A stretch of DNA of 32,000 nt from an uncultured archaeon (GTDB taxonomy: Archaea > Iainarchaeota > Iainarchaeia > Iainarchaeales > 0-14-0-20-30-16). The notes below the pieces were generated by a model that was given only the letters and a program-made list of their open reading frames with translations, searched no databases and was not told the origin of the DNA. The translations under genes and the position numbers were made by a program. The first letter of the stretch is position 1. Each line of letters starts with the position of its first letter. The stretch is from the NCBI GenBank assembly GCA_964480435.1, contig CAYZSS010000006.1, positions 3,399 through 35,398 of the forward strand. Direction: 5' to 3'. Shown here piece after piece: positions 1-8,289 of the stretch.

Positions 1-2
1 AT

Positions 3-1487
3 TTAAACATTACAAACAATGGAAACTATGATAGTAATGATGTAAATGTTTATGTTTGGGTTATAGATGATACAGATAATAATTATTTATTATATTCTGA
101 TTTAGATACAAACTTTTTATTAGAAACAACAACAACATATACTATTACTTGGTTAGACATAAACATGGTTGGTGACATCAACATGTATGTTGAATTAGAA
201 TCTTCAGAAGCAGACTATAATGATTTAGATAATAACAGCCTGTTTGCGTCTGTAGCAACTGTAGGATATATTGACTTAAATATTGCAACAAGCATGGATA
301 CAAATGTTTATGTTGGAGATACATTTGATGTAAATGCAACCATAACTAATGCTGGTACCGCAGCTACTGATGAAAACTATACAGTTTATTTATTTGTTGA
401 TGGTGTAGAAAAAGATAGTAACACTCTTTCAACTTCATTAGCTGCTGATGCAAATATAGTGGTTTACTTGAGTTGGGTTCCAACAGCATCTACTAGTTAT
501 GACATAAATGTTTATGTTGTTTATGCTGGGTATGACTATAATACAGCTAATGATTCTAACTTACAAACAACAGATGTAAATAGTTTAACTGATGTTGATT
601 TAGCTGTAACTGATTTAACTGTAAATAGCACTGTATTAGGAACAACAAGCACAGTAACTGTGGACATAAATAATATTAGTGTTGATACAAATGCAACAGA
701 AGATTATAATGTTTTGTTCTATGTTGATGATGTACTAACTGATTTTGAATTAGTTGATACAAATATTGATGCAAATGGTCAAACAAGTATTGACTTTAGT
801 TGGGTACCAACTACAGCAGGAACATATTCTTTAACATTTACTGTAGATTATACCATAGCAGATGCAAATTGGGACAATAATAGTTATAGTGAATCTGTAA
901 CAATTACAGCTCCTGCAAGTGGTTCTGGTGGATCACATGTTTATATAACAAATCCAGAAACAACAACAACTGTAACAGTTGCTGAGCCTGTTGTATTGCC
1001 TTTGGTTGATAATCACCCAGCTTTAGAAATATTGTTGCAAGGGGAATCAAAGAGAGTAACTGTAAATGGTGAAGAACACACTGTAACTGTTGATGAAGTA
1101 ACTGAAGCTGGTGCAACAATAACTATTGCTTCAACTCCAATAACTTATATATTAAAAACAGGTCAATCAGTAAGAGTAGACTTTGAGAAAGATGGGGTAT
1201 ATGACCTAAAGGTAACTTTGGGTAGCATAGATGACTTGGGTGCTCATTTATTCTTAGAGCAAATATCTGACCCAGTAGTAACAGCAACAACTGTATCATC
1301 ACAAGGCACTACTGCAGAGCAAGTAACTACTGATGAGACAGCAACACCAGATACTACAACAAGTGTAGATGATTGGGCGGGAGATCTAACTCCTGAAACA
1401 ACAGATTACACATACGCTTGGTGGGTATTGGGTATAATTGTTGTTCTTGGAATAATCTACGCCATATACGCATATAGTAAAAAATAA
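3..1487 (+). CDS. Surface protein with tandem CARDB-like repeats, Thr-rich stalk and C-terminal transmembrane anchor; 5' end cut by the window edge
   Basis: The frame is open from nt 3, with no stop upstream of the listed ATG at 165. The upstream translation LNITNNGNYDSNDVNVYVWVIDD... continues the same repeat. The repeat pattern (V)NATITNAGTAA..YTVYLFVDG...YLSWVPTASTSYDINVYV.Y...NTANDSN recurs about 4 times (for example INNISVDTNATEDYNVLFYVDD...DFSWVPTTAGTYSLTFTVDY..ADANWDNNS), which is the CARDB-type signature. It is followed by a Thr-rich segment (ETATPDTTTS) and the terminal hydrophobic helix WWVLGIIVVLGIIYAIYAYSKK. Confidence 0.75.
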   Translation, partial: LNITNNGNYDSNDVNVYVWVIDDTDNNYLLYSDLDTNFLLETTTTYTITWLDINMVGDINMYVELESSEADYNDLDNNSLFASVATVGYIDLNIATSMDTNVYVGDTFDVNATITNAGTAATDENYTVYLFVDGVEKDSNTLSTSLAADANIVVYLSWVPTASTSYDINVYVVYAGYDYNTANDSNLQTTDVNSLTDVDLAVTDLTVNSTVLGTTSTVTVDINNISVDTNATEDYNVLFYVDDVLTDFELVDTNIDANGQTSIDFSWVPTTAGTYSLTFTVDYTIADANWDNNSYSESVTITAPASGSGGSHVYITNPETTTTVTVAEPVVLPLVDNHPALEILLQGESKRVTVNGEEHTVTVDEVTEAGATITIASTPITYILKTGQSVRVDFEKDGVYDLKVTLGSIDDLGAHLFLEQISDPVVTATTVSSQGTTAEQVTTDETATPDTTTSVDDWAGDLTPETTDYTYAWWVLGIIVVLGIIYAIYAYSKK

Positions 1488-1497
1488 TTAGGACTTT

Positions 1498-1639
1498 AAG
1501 TTCTTTTTATTAAGAAAGTAATTTCCCCAAAAGGGAAATTATTTCAGAATCTAAAGGATTTTTTCTTTTTAAAAAGTTCTTTTTATTTTCTTTTTTTATT
1601 TATTCTAATAAGCGTCAAAATCTTTCAAGTTCTTTTTAT
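1498..1639 (+). repeat. Three exact copies of the 13-mer AAGTTCTTTTTAT (1498-1510, 1574-1586, 1627-1639) in the 248-nt spacer downstream of the surface-protein gene
   Basis: Read directly from the sequence. Each copy carries a T5 run, which resembles an archaeal oligo-T termination signal. The conserved AAGTTC prefix is not explained by T-richness alone. Confidence 0.8.
1516..1544 (+). terminator. Hairpin downstream of the surface-protein gene (core AATTTCCC-caaaa-GGGAAATT)
   Basis: The left arm aagtaatttccc (1516-1527) pairs with the right arm gggaaattattt (1533-1544): an 8-bp perfect core, about 12 bp with one G-U. It lies 29 nt after the stop codon and is followed by T-rich sequence (ggattttttcttttt). 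Confidence 0.4.
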
Positions 1640-1735
1640 GTGGGTTTGGTTTGTCTTTTACTTTAGTCTAGCCTCGGTTATTTTGTTTTCCTATTCGCGA
1701 AATGTTTATAACTCTTTAATTCCTAAATTACATTT

Positions 1736-2344
1736 ATGTTTAAAGAAAAATGGGAAGTAAAAGGAGAACGGCCAGAAGAGATTTACAAAGACCCGGTACT
1801 TTTTTACACAAAAGAAGAAGCAGAGCGATATAATAACTCAAGTGGGATGAGAAACGTTCAGCAAAAAATTGCAAATAGAATTATTGCTCTTTTGGAGTTA
1901 GAATTAGGAACTGAAAAGGTTTTACTTGATGTTGGCTGTGGAACTGGTAATACCTTGGAAATTTTTAATGAATTTGGTTTTGATTGTACAGGTTTAGATG
2001 TATCAAAAGAGATGCTTAAATTTGCAAAAGAAAAAGGCCTTAAAGTTAAGCAAGGAAGTATAACTGAATTAAATAAAGCTTTTCCTACTCGTAAGTTTGA
2101 TTTAGTAGTTTCTATTTCTGCAATGCAGTGGTTACAAACAAAAGAAGATTACAAAAAAGCAGGGGAATCAATAAAGTCTGTTTTAAAAAAAGGCGGAAAA
2201 AGTGTAATACAATTCTATCCAAAAAGCTCAGAAGAGCTAGAAAGAATTAGCAAAATCTTTGCAAACATTTTTGATAAAGTAGAAATAATTATAGACAATC
2301 CGGATAATCCGAGAAAAAGATTAGTTTTTTTGGTTTGTTGCTAA
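1736..2344 (+). CDS. Class I SAM-dependent methyltransferase, Bud23/WBSCR22-like N-terminus
   Basis: SAM-binding motif I is LLDVGCGTGNT, and the post-I acidic residue is in TGLDVS. The N-terminal PVLFYTKEEAERYNNSSGMRNVQQKIANRIIALLEL resembles the Bud23-type leader (FY..eEA.kY..nsr...iQ). TATA-like TTTATAA at 1705-1711, preceded by CGCGAAA (BRE-like), sits about 25 nt before the ATG. Confidence 0.7.
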   Translation: MFKEKWEVKGERPEEIYKDPVLFYTKEEAERYNNSSGMRNVQQKIANRIIALLELELGTEKVLLDVGCGTGNTLEIFNEFGFDCTGLDVSKEMLKFAKEKGLKVKQGSITELNKAFPTRKFDLVVSISAMQWLQTKEDYKKAGESIKSVLKKGGKSVIQFYPKSSEELERISKIFANIFDKVEIIIDNPDNPRKRLVFLVCC

Positions 2345-3750
2345 TCTTTGTTTAATTTATCTCTTTCAGATTTTCTTAACTTGTGAATATCTTTCTGACT
2401 TTCCTCTATATTTGTAGGGTATAAACCATCTAAGCAAGCTGTACATAGCCCAGGGATTCTAATAGCTTGTCTTACATCATCAATAGTAGCATAAATTAAT
2501 TCATCTGCGCCAATTTCGTTTTTTATTTCTTCCACTGTTTTATTATTTGCAAGTAACTCTTCTTTTATAGGAAAATCAATCCCATAATAACATGGATACT
2601 TTATTGGTGGGCACGTTGAAATAAAATAAATCTTGTCGGCATATTTTTTTGCAGTTTTTACAATTCTGCGTGATGTTGTGCCACGCACAATACTATCATC
2701 AATAAGTATAACTTTTTTATTTTCCAAAACAACTTTGTTTGCATTTAGTTTTACTGATAAGGCATTTTCACGTTTTAATTGTGTTGGCATAATAAATGTT
2801 CTTCCAATATATCTGTTTTTTATAAGCCCTTCTTCATTGACAATATTTGTTTCTTGGCTAAGTCCCAATGCAGCTGGTTTTGAGGTGTCCGGCACAGGGA
2901 CAATTACATCAGGGGCTAGTTGTTTTTCTTTAATGTATTTTGCTAAGGATCTCCCTAACTTAATTCTAGCAACATAAACACTTTTTCCCTCAATTTCTGA
3001 GTCTGGTCTTGCAAAGTATATCCATTCAAACATACAGTGTCGCGGTTCTTTTGGTAATAATATTCTTTCTTCAATTTTAAGATTTTCTCTGACAATTATT
3101 GCTTCCCCACAACCTAAATCTTTTATATATTTGTAATTTATTGTGTCTATTGCAACAGTTTCTGATGCAAACATAACCCCATTATCTTTTTTGCCCATTG
3201 CGAGTGGCCTTATGCCGTGTGGGTCTCTAAAAGCTAATAACCCTACTCCTGCTATGGCGCAAACAATTGAATAACTTCCATTTAATTCCTGCATACATTC
3301 TTTTACAGCATTAAATATGGTTTCATTTGTTAGTTTTTTGTTTTCTAATTTGCTGCCAAGTAGATGTAAAATTAACTCTGTATCTGATTCTGACTCTGTT
3401 CTGTTATTGAACCTTTTTTTTAATGATTTGGTGTTAAGGATATTTCCATTATGGGCCATTGCAATTAGATTGGGGTATCCAATTAAAAAAGGCTGAACTT
3501 CTTTTTTTGGGGTTGCGCCAGAAGTAGCATATCTTACTTGTGCAATACCATAGTTGCCCCACAATAATGACAAGTTTTCTTCAGTAAAAATGTTTTCAAT
3601 TAGTCCTAATCCTTTTTTTAGATTTAGTCTTGTTTGATCTACGACTGCAATACCAGCGGAATCTTGCCCACGGTGTTGTAAAGATAGTAATGAATTATAT
3701 AATTCAATATTTACTGGTTCTGTACTTATTATTCCTATTATTCCGCACAT
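2341..3750 (-). CDS. purF: Amidophosphoribosyltransferase (glutamine PRPP amidotransferase)
   Basis: MCGIIGI supplies the Cys nucleophile of class-II (Ntn) amidotransferases. Further motifs are HRGQDSAGIA, AHNGNI, VPVPDTS and the PRTase signature VILIDDSIVRGTT. The track ORF starts at a TTG 18 nt upstream. I chose the ATG at 3750 because Cys must follow the initiator Met. TATA-like AATATAAG (plus-strand 3772-3779) is centred about 26 nt upstream. Confidence 0.92.
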   Translation of the reverse strand: MCGIIGIISTEPVNIELYNSLLSLQHRGQDSAGIAVVDQTRLNLKKGLGLIENIFTEENLSLLWGNYGIAQVRYATSGATPKKEVQPFLIGYPNLIAMAHNGNILNTKSLKKRFNNRTESESDTELILHLLGSKLENKKLTNETIFNAVKECMQELNGSYSIVCAIAGVGLLAFRDPHGIRPLAMGKKDNGVMFASETVAIDTINYKYIKDLGCGEAIIVRENLKIEERILLPKEPRHCMFEWIYFARPDSEIEGKSVYVARIKLGRSLAKYIKEKQLAPDVIVPVPDTSKPAALGLSQETNIVNEEGLIKNRYIGRTFIMPTQLKRENALSVKLNANKVVLENKKVILIDDSIVRGTTSRRIVKTAKKYADKIYFISTCPPIKYPCYYGIDFPIKEELLANNKTVEEIKNEIGADELIYATIDDVRQAIRIPGLCTACLDGLYPTNIEESQKDIHKLRKSERDKLNKD

Positions 3751-3810
3751 AAAGATAAATGGTCGCAAATGCTTATATTGGTTAAGATTCTGGAGAATAT
3801 AACTGATTTA

Positions 3811-4521
3811 CTATTTTTTTGCACTTTTCCACATAAATTCAAAATATTCACGATATGCATCTGCGGCTGTTTTGTTATCAATCATAATTATTTCTGGAAT
3901 CTCAGACCAAATAATAATTGATATTTTATTTCCATAAATATTGGTTACAACTGGGGATTCAGTTGCCATAGAAATATATCTATATTCCTGTAGTTTTGTG
4001 TTGTATTTTTTTCTGCTTTTTCTTATTATGCTTCTTACGGATATTTTTTTTTCTTGTAACTGAGCTAAAAATCTTTTTGCATAATATGGCTGTCTTTCTT
4101 TAAGTTGTCCTTCTGAACCAAAAATACAATTATCTTTTCCCTCTTTCACTATATCGTCAAGAATGTATTTTACTCCTTTGTTACCCTTAAATAATCTTAC
4201 ATTCTCTTGCAATTTTGTGGATTTATATAACTGTTGTAATTCAGGCAGTATTTGTTTTATTGTATCTAATTTGTCTTTAATATAAATTTCTAAATTATTT
4301 GGATTTAATGCCTGGAAATATTTTATTTTTCCTATGACTACATAGGATACTAATCCTTTGTGTAATAATGACTTTAAGCAATTATAAGTTGAAGTTCTAT
4401 CAAGCTCGGATTCTTTTGCAATAGTACCTGCTTTGCTAGATCCTTTTCGCAATAATGCAAGGTATACTTTTGATTCTGATTTTGTTAGACCAGAGTGTTT
4501 AAGTTCATCATAATATTTCAT
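3811..4521 (-). CDS. TrmB-family transcriptional regulator (paralog 1)
   Basis: The N-terminal winged helix is GLTKSESKVYLALLRKGSSKAGTIAKESELDRTSTYNCLKSLLHKGLVSYV (TrmB pattern GLs..Ea.vYl.Ll..G..ta.eia....v.rs.vY..L..L..kGlv). It is colinear with the proteins at 7448..8212 and 13907..14647, including the shared C-terminal (Y/F)F(E/Q)(F/A)(M/F)W. The ATG at 4521 is preferred over the GTG at 4530 by alignment with the paralog N-termini. Confidence 0.8.
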   Translation of the reverse strand: MKYYDELKHSGLTKSESKVYLALLRKGSSKAGTIAKESELDRTSTYNCLKSLLHKGLVSYVVIGKIKYFQALNPNNLEIYIKDKLDTIKQILPELQQLYKSTKLQENVRLFKGNKGVKYILDDIVKEGKDNCIFGSEGQLKERQPYYAKRFLAQLQEKKISVRSIIRKSRKKYNTKLQEYRYISMATESPVVTNIYGNKISIIIWSEIPEIIMIDNKTAADAYREYFEFMWKSAKK

Positions 4522-4558
4522 AAATACCACCGTTTTTGTGTAGTTCTTCTTATGTGTG

Positions 4559-4576
4559 TTGTAAATATATTTACAA
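4559..4576. promoter_or_regulatory. Perfect 18-bp palindrome TTGTAAATATATTTACAA with an embedded TATA-like core, between the divergent TrmB-1 and AsnRS-like genes
   Basis: The sequence equals its own reverse complement. It sits in the 99-108 nt divergent intergenic region. AAATATATTT can serve as a TATA box in both directions. Confidence 0.55.
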
Positions 4577-4629
4577 CAAACTGATTTATATCTGTTTAGC
4601 CTAATCTCCTAAGTTTTGGAGGTGTAAAT

Positions 4630-5634
4630 ATGCAAAAGCTAGATTTTTTGAAAAATACTGAAAATAGATTTGAAAAGTTAAACTCAGAATTAGTAACTGC
4701 TTTAGACAGAATAAATGATTCTCTTATGTGGGGGGCGATGAAATACTATAAAGACAATGGTTATACTTGGATAGAGGTCCCTACTCTTACTAAGGTGACT
4801 GGCGCTTGTGAAAACGTTAATACTTTGTATCCTGTAAATCATTTTGGAAAGGAGGCATATCTTGCACAAACGGGGCAATTATATTTGGAAACAAAAATAC
4901 CTAAACACAAAAAAATATGGACTACTATTCTAAGTTCTCGTGCAGAAGAAAAAGTAGATAGCCGTCATTTAAATCAATTCTCGCTTATAGAGTTTGAACA
5001 TCAGGGGGATTTTTCAACATTATTGCCTGTGATTGAAGGTACAATTCATTCTATGATAAAAAATGCAATTTCAGAACGTAAAGCAGATTTTGAATTATTG
5101 GGCAGAGATGTGGCCGACTTAGAAAAATATCTCGCTCCGTTTAAAAGAATCTCTTATACAGATGCAATTAAATCCTTGCAAGAAAATGATTTCCAAATAT
5201 ATTGGGGAGATGATTTAAATCACGCTTCAGAGATGAAATTAATAGAATTAAACAATAATCTTCCACTATTTGTTACGCACTTTCCAGAAAAAATAAAATT
5301 TTTTAATATGCGACAAAATAGAGAGGACTCCAAAGTGGTTAATAGTGCGGATTTATTAATGCCTTATAGTGGAGAGAGTGCGGGTTCTGCTGAAAGAGAA
5401 GATAATTATGACATACTAGTTAATAGGCTAAAAAATAGTAATATGTTTAGAGTTCTTTCAGAAAGAGGGGTAACAATTGATGCATTTAAGGAGTATTTAG
5501 ATTTGATAAAAAACAATCCAATTTTACATTCTGGAGCTGGGATTGGATTCAACAGAGTAACACAATCAATTCTAAAATTACAAGATATACGGCAAACAAA
5601 TAATTATCCAATTAATGCAGAAACCTTGTACTAA
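4630..5634 (+). CDS. AsnRS/AspRS-type class II aminoacyl-tRNA-synthetase catalytic core without an anticodon-binding domain (archaeal asparagine synthetase A-like)
   Basis: Class II motif 2-like SSRAEEKVDSRHLNQFSLIEFE (compare AsnRS fRAE...t.RHL.EF.m.E.E). Motif 3-like HSGAGIGFNRVTQSIL. Motif 1-like GYTWIEVPTLTK. At 334 aa it has no N-terminal OB fold. A strong SD, GGAGGTG, lies 6 nt before the ATG. Confidence 0.65.
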   Translation: MQKLDFLKNTENRFEKLNSELVTALDRINDSLMWGAMKYYKDNGYTWIEVPTLTKVTGACENVNTLYPVNHFGKEAYLAQTGQLYLETKIPKHKKIWTTILSSRAEEKVDSRHLNQFSLIEFEHQGDFSTLLPVIEGTIHSMIKNAISERKADFELLGRDVADLEKYLAPFKRISYTDAIKSLQENDFQIYWGDDLNHASEMKLIELNNNLPLFVTHFPEKIKFFNMRQNREDSKVVNSADLLMPYSGESAGSAEREDNYDILVNRLKNSNMFRVLSERGVTIDAFKEYLDLIKNNPILHSGAGIGFNRVTQSILKLQDIRQTNNYPINAETLY

Positions 5635-5750
5635 AGGGTTTCTTTTATTTTTTTATTTTTTTGCACTAAACTTTGTTTTTATTTGGCTAGAAAAAAGATA
5701 TATCCATTGGTATGGGAAATAAATTTATACTTCTTGCACTTATTTGTTAC

Positions 5751-6230
5751 ATGCCTTCTTTAACTATTAAACAAGCAACAAGAGAAAACATAAAAAATCT
5801 TGATTTTATTCGCGATTGTAAACTTCCAAAACTACACGAAAAAAGATTTAAATCTCAAGATAAAGGTAAATCTAACTATTATATTTTTTATTTTGCAGGA
5901 AAACCTGTTGGGCATGTTGAGATTATTTTAAAATCAAGAAGAAAATACCATAAATATCCTCTTTTGTGCGACCTTTATGTTAAAAAAAGAGAACGAGGGA
6001 AAGGAATTGGTCATAAGATTCTAGAATTAGTAGGAAAAAAACTAAAAAAGCAAGGATACAAATATATGGGTTTGGATGTAGAAACAAAAGAAAAAGGATT
6101 AAGAAAATTGTATGACGGCGTGGGGTTTAAATTACACAGTGGCCCACATAGACAAACCTGTATTGAAAAAGACAATAATAATAAAAAAGTTTATTTTACT
6201 ATATTGCATTTAAGGAAAAAACTAATTTAA
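5751..6230 (+). CDS. GNAT-family N-acetyltransferase
   Basis: Acetyl-CoA motif A is RERGKGIGHKILELVGKKLKKQGYKYMGLDV (R-x-x-G-x-G), followed by LYDGVGFK. The track ORF starts at 5712, but its first 13 residues (MGNKFILLALICY) are hydrophobic and atypical. MPSLTIKQATRENIKNL (ATG 5751) looks like a normal GNAT N-terminus. The start remains uncertain. Confidence 0.7.
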   Translation: MPSLTIKQATRENIKNLDFIRDCKLPKLHEKRFKSQDKGKSNYYIFYFAGKPVGHVEIILKSRRKYHKYPLLCDLYVKKRERGKGIGHKILELVGKKLKKQGYKYMGLDVETKEKGLRKLYDGVGFKLHSGPHRQTCIEKDNNNKKVYFTILHLRKKLI

Positions 6231-7349
6231 TTAGTTTGTAGTATAATCCGCTAATTTGTTATCTTTTACAATTTGGAATTTTGGTTCTTTTGTAACCCCT
6301 CCAAATTCATTGAATGTTAAAAATCCTGATTCTCCTTGATATGTGATTAAACTGTTTAGATATTCCTGAATTAATTCAGAATCTTCTGAGCCTGTTTCTT
6401 TTATTGCTTTTGCAATTAACATAACTGCATCATAAGAATTATCTGAACTTTGGTTTGCTTCTATTCCCCATTTTTTATAAAAAGTTTCTTGGAATTTTTT
6501 ACTTGGGGTAAATGGGCTTATCACAATGGTTCCTTCAAATGCCCCTATTGCATTATCTATTTTATCTTGGTCTATAAGAACAACAAAAAAAGGAACATCT
6601 AAATCAAGTTCTTTGGCTTGTTTTGCAATATAGGACATTTGTGTAAATGCAGTAATTATTAATGCATCCGGTTTAGAATCTTTTATTTTTGCAATTTCAG
6701 TAGAAAAATCTTGTTGGTCTTGGTTTGTTATAATAACTTCTGTTAATATTCCTCCAAATTCTATGGCCCCTTCTTTTCCTGCATTTGCTTGTTCGGTTTC
6801 CCAAATCTGCTTTGATCCTATTATTGCAATTCTATTGTAATTATTATCCACAAGATATTTTGGCAAATTTTTGGAATTTATTTTATCGTTTGGCCAAAGA
6901 TTAAAAGTATATCCACACTCTTTTTCTAACTCGTCTACGCCTGCTGATGGAGAAATTAAAATAATTTTATTTGTACAAGCAACGGGGGCTAAAGATCTTG
7001 CAGATGTTGACCAGTTTGGCCCGATAACAATATGTATTCCTCTTTGTTGCAAACTAGTTAGCGCTTCTATTGCTTTTTGGGGGTTGTCTGTGCCATCATC
7101 TTCAGGAACTAACTCTAACAATTTTCCATTAATTCCGCCAGCAGCATTTATTTCATCTGCTGCCATTTGTGCTCCTTTTAAAGATTGGTCTCCCTGGAAG
7201 CCCCCTGCGCCAGTAAGCATGAAAATTGTTCCAATTTTTATTGTATCATTTGTTTCAGTTAATCCAAAAAGAGGAGTTACACTCCCAACAACAATTATTG
7301 TAATTAACCCTACTAAACAACACAAGATTATTATTATTTTTTTATTCAT
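6231..7349 (-). CDS. LivJ/Peripla_BP_6-type ABC substrate-binding protein with an N-terminal membrane anchor (no transporter partners in the window)
   Basis: IKIGTIFMLTGAGGFQGDQSLKGAQMAADEINAAGGINGKLLELVPEDDGTDNPQKAIEA matches the branched-chain amino-acid binding-protein signature (ikiG..pltG..a..g....ga.la..eiNaaGGi.Gk..elv..D). The N-terminal hydrophobic helix is IIIILCCLVGLITIIVVGSV. Confidence 0.8.
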   Translation of the reverse strand: MNKKIIIILCCLVGLITIIVVGSVTPLFGLTETNDTIKIGTIFMLTGAGGFQGDQSLKGAQMAADEINAAGGINGKLLELVPEDDGTDNPQKAIEALTSLQQRGIHIVIGPNWSTSARSLAPVACTNKIILISPSAGVDELEKECGYTFNLWPNDKINSKNLPKYLVDNNYNRIAIIGSKQIWETEQANAGKEGAIEFGGILTEVIITNQDQQDFSTEIAKIKDSKPDALIITAFTQMSYIAKQAKELDLDVPFFVVLIDQDKIDNAIGAFEGTIVISPFTPSKKFQETFYKKWGIEANQSSDNSYDAVMLIAKAIKETGSEDSELIQEYLNSLITYQGESGFLTFNEFGGVTKEPKFQIVKDNKLADYTTN

Positions 7350-7396
7350 AAGGCATCCCTAAGAATCTTTGGCTGTTTTCTTCTACTTATGTGTTG

Positions 7397-7418
7397 TTGT
7401 CCCCCATAGGGGATACAA
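7397..7418. promoter_or_regulatory. Imperfect palindrome TTGTCCCCCATAGGGGATACAA directly upstream of the TATA-like AAATATAA of TrmB-2
   Basis: 16 of 22 positions are self-complementary: outer TTGT/ACAA and inner TCCCC-cata-GGGGA. The C5/G4 runs stand out in AT-rich DNA. It lies in the 98-nt divergent region between the binding-protein gene and TrmB-2. Confidence 0.45.
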
Positions 7419-7447
7419 ATATAATTATTTAGGTTGCTATCTTTTAC

Positions 7448-8212
7448 GTGGATACAAAAATTTTATCTGAAATTGGGTTAACTAAAGGAGAAATAAAGGT
7501 ATATTTAAGCTTATTAAAATTAGGGGCAACATCTACTGGTCCATTAGCAAATGACTCTGAAGTGTCGAGATCAAAGCTATACTCAATTCTAGATAAATTA
7601 GAAAAAAAAGGTTTTGCAAACCATTTTGAAAAAAATGGAGTAAAATATTTTCAACCAATAGAACCAGAAAAAATTAAAGATTATTTAATACAAAAAGAAG
7701 ATGAACTAAAAAAATTAGAAAAAAACTTTACTGCGTTTTTACCAAAGCTAAATGAATATTATGGCAAAACAAAAATCCAACAAAAAGTAGCAATTTATCA
7801 AGGATTAAAAGGATTGAAAGTTGCACATGAGCATGTTTATCTAAAAGTGAAAAAAGGGGAGGAGTATTTGTATCTTGGTATTCCTGCAGAACAACCAGCA
7901 GAACACCATAGATACTGGCAAAAGGATCATCAGAAAAGGGCCTTACTTGGAATAAAAACAAGAATGTTATTTAACCGGGATGCAGACATAAAAACCCTGA
8001 AAAATAGAAATAATTATGGTTTAGCAGATGCAAGATATATGCCAACAGACATAATAACTCCTGCATATTTTTTAATTTACAAAGATACTGTAATGATTGG
8101 CATCGCATCATCACAGCCAATTGCAATAGAAATTATAAGTCAAGAAATTGCAGATTCTTTTAGAGCTTACTTTGAAGCCTTCTGGAAAGAATCTAAGAAG
8201 ATTGGGAAATAG
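7448..8212 (+). CDS. TrmB-family transcriptional regulator (paralog 2), GTG start
   Basis: GLTKGEIKVYLSLLKLGATSTGPLANDSEVSRSKLYSILDKLEKKGFANHF is a TrmB winged helix. The C-terminal YFEAFWKESKK is shared with the paralogs. The TATA-like box is centred about 28 nt upstream of the GTG. Confidence 0.8.
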   Translation: MDTKILSEIGLTKGEIKVYLSLLKLGATSTGPLANDSEVSRSKLYSILDKLEKKGFANHFEKNGVKYFQPIEPEKIKDYLIQKEDELKKLEKNFTAFLPKLNEYYGKTKIQQKVAIYQGLKGLKVAHEHVYLKVKKGEEYLYLGIPAEQPAEHHRYWQKDHQKRALLGIKTRMLFNRDADIKTLKNRNNYGLADARYMPTDIITPAYFLIYKDTVMIGIASSQPIAIEIISQEIADSFRAYFEAFWKESKKIGK

Positions 8213-8289
8213 ATTAAGCAATAGTTTCTATTTATTCTGCCCTTTATAGTGGTTGCTTTTTTGATTTTTTCTTTCTTAGTTCGCAGAAT

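Noticed and set aside
1638-1757. 39-aa hydrophobic plus-strand ORF (MWVWFVFYFSLASVILFSYS...) in the first spacer
   Set aside because: It is the product of T-rich sequence. It overlaps the methyltransferase promoter and start in another frame, and it has no initiation signals.
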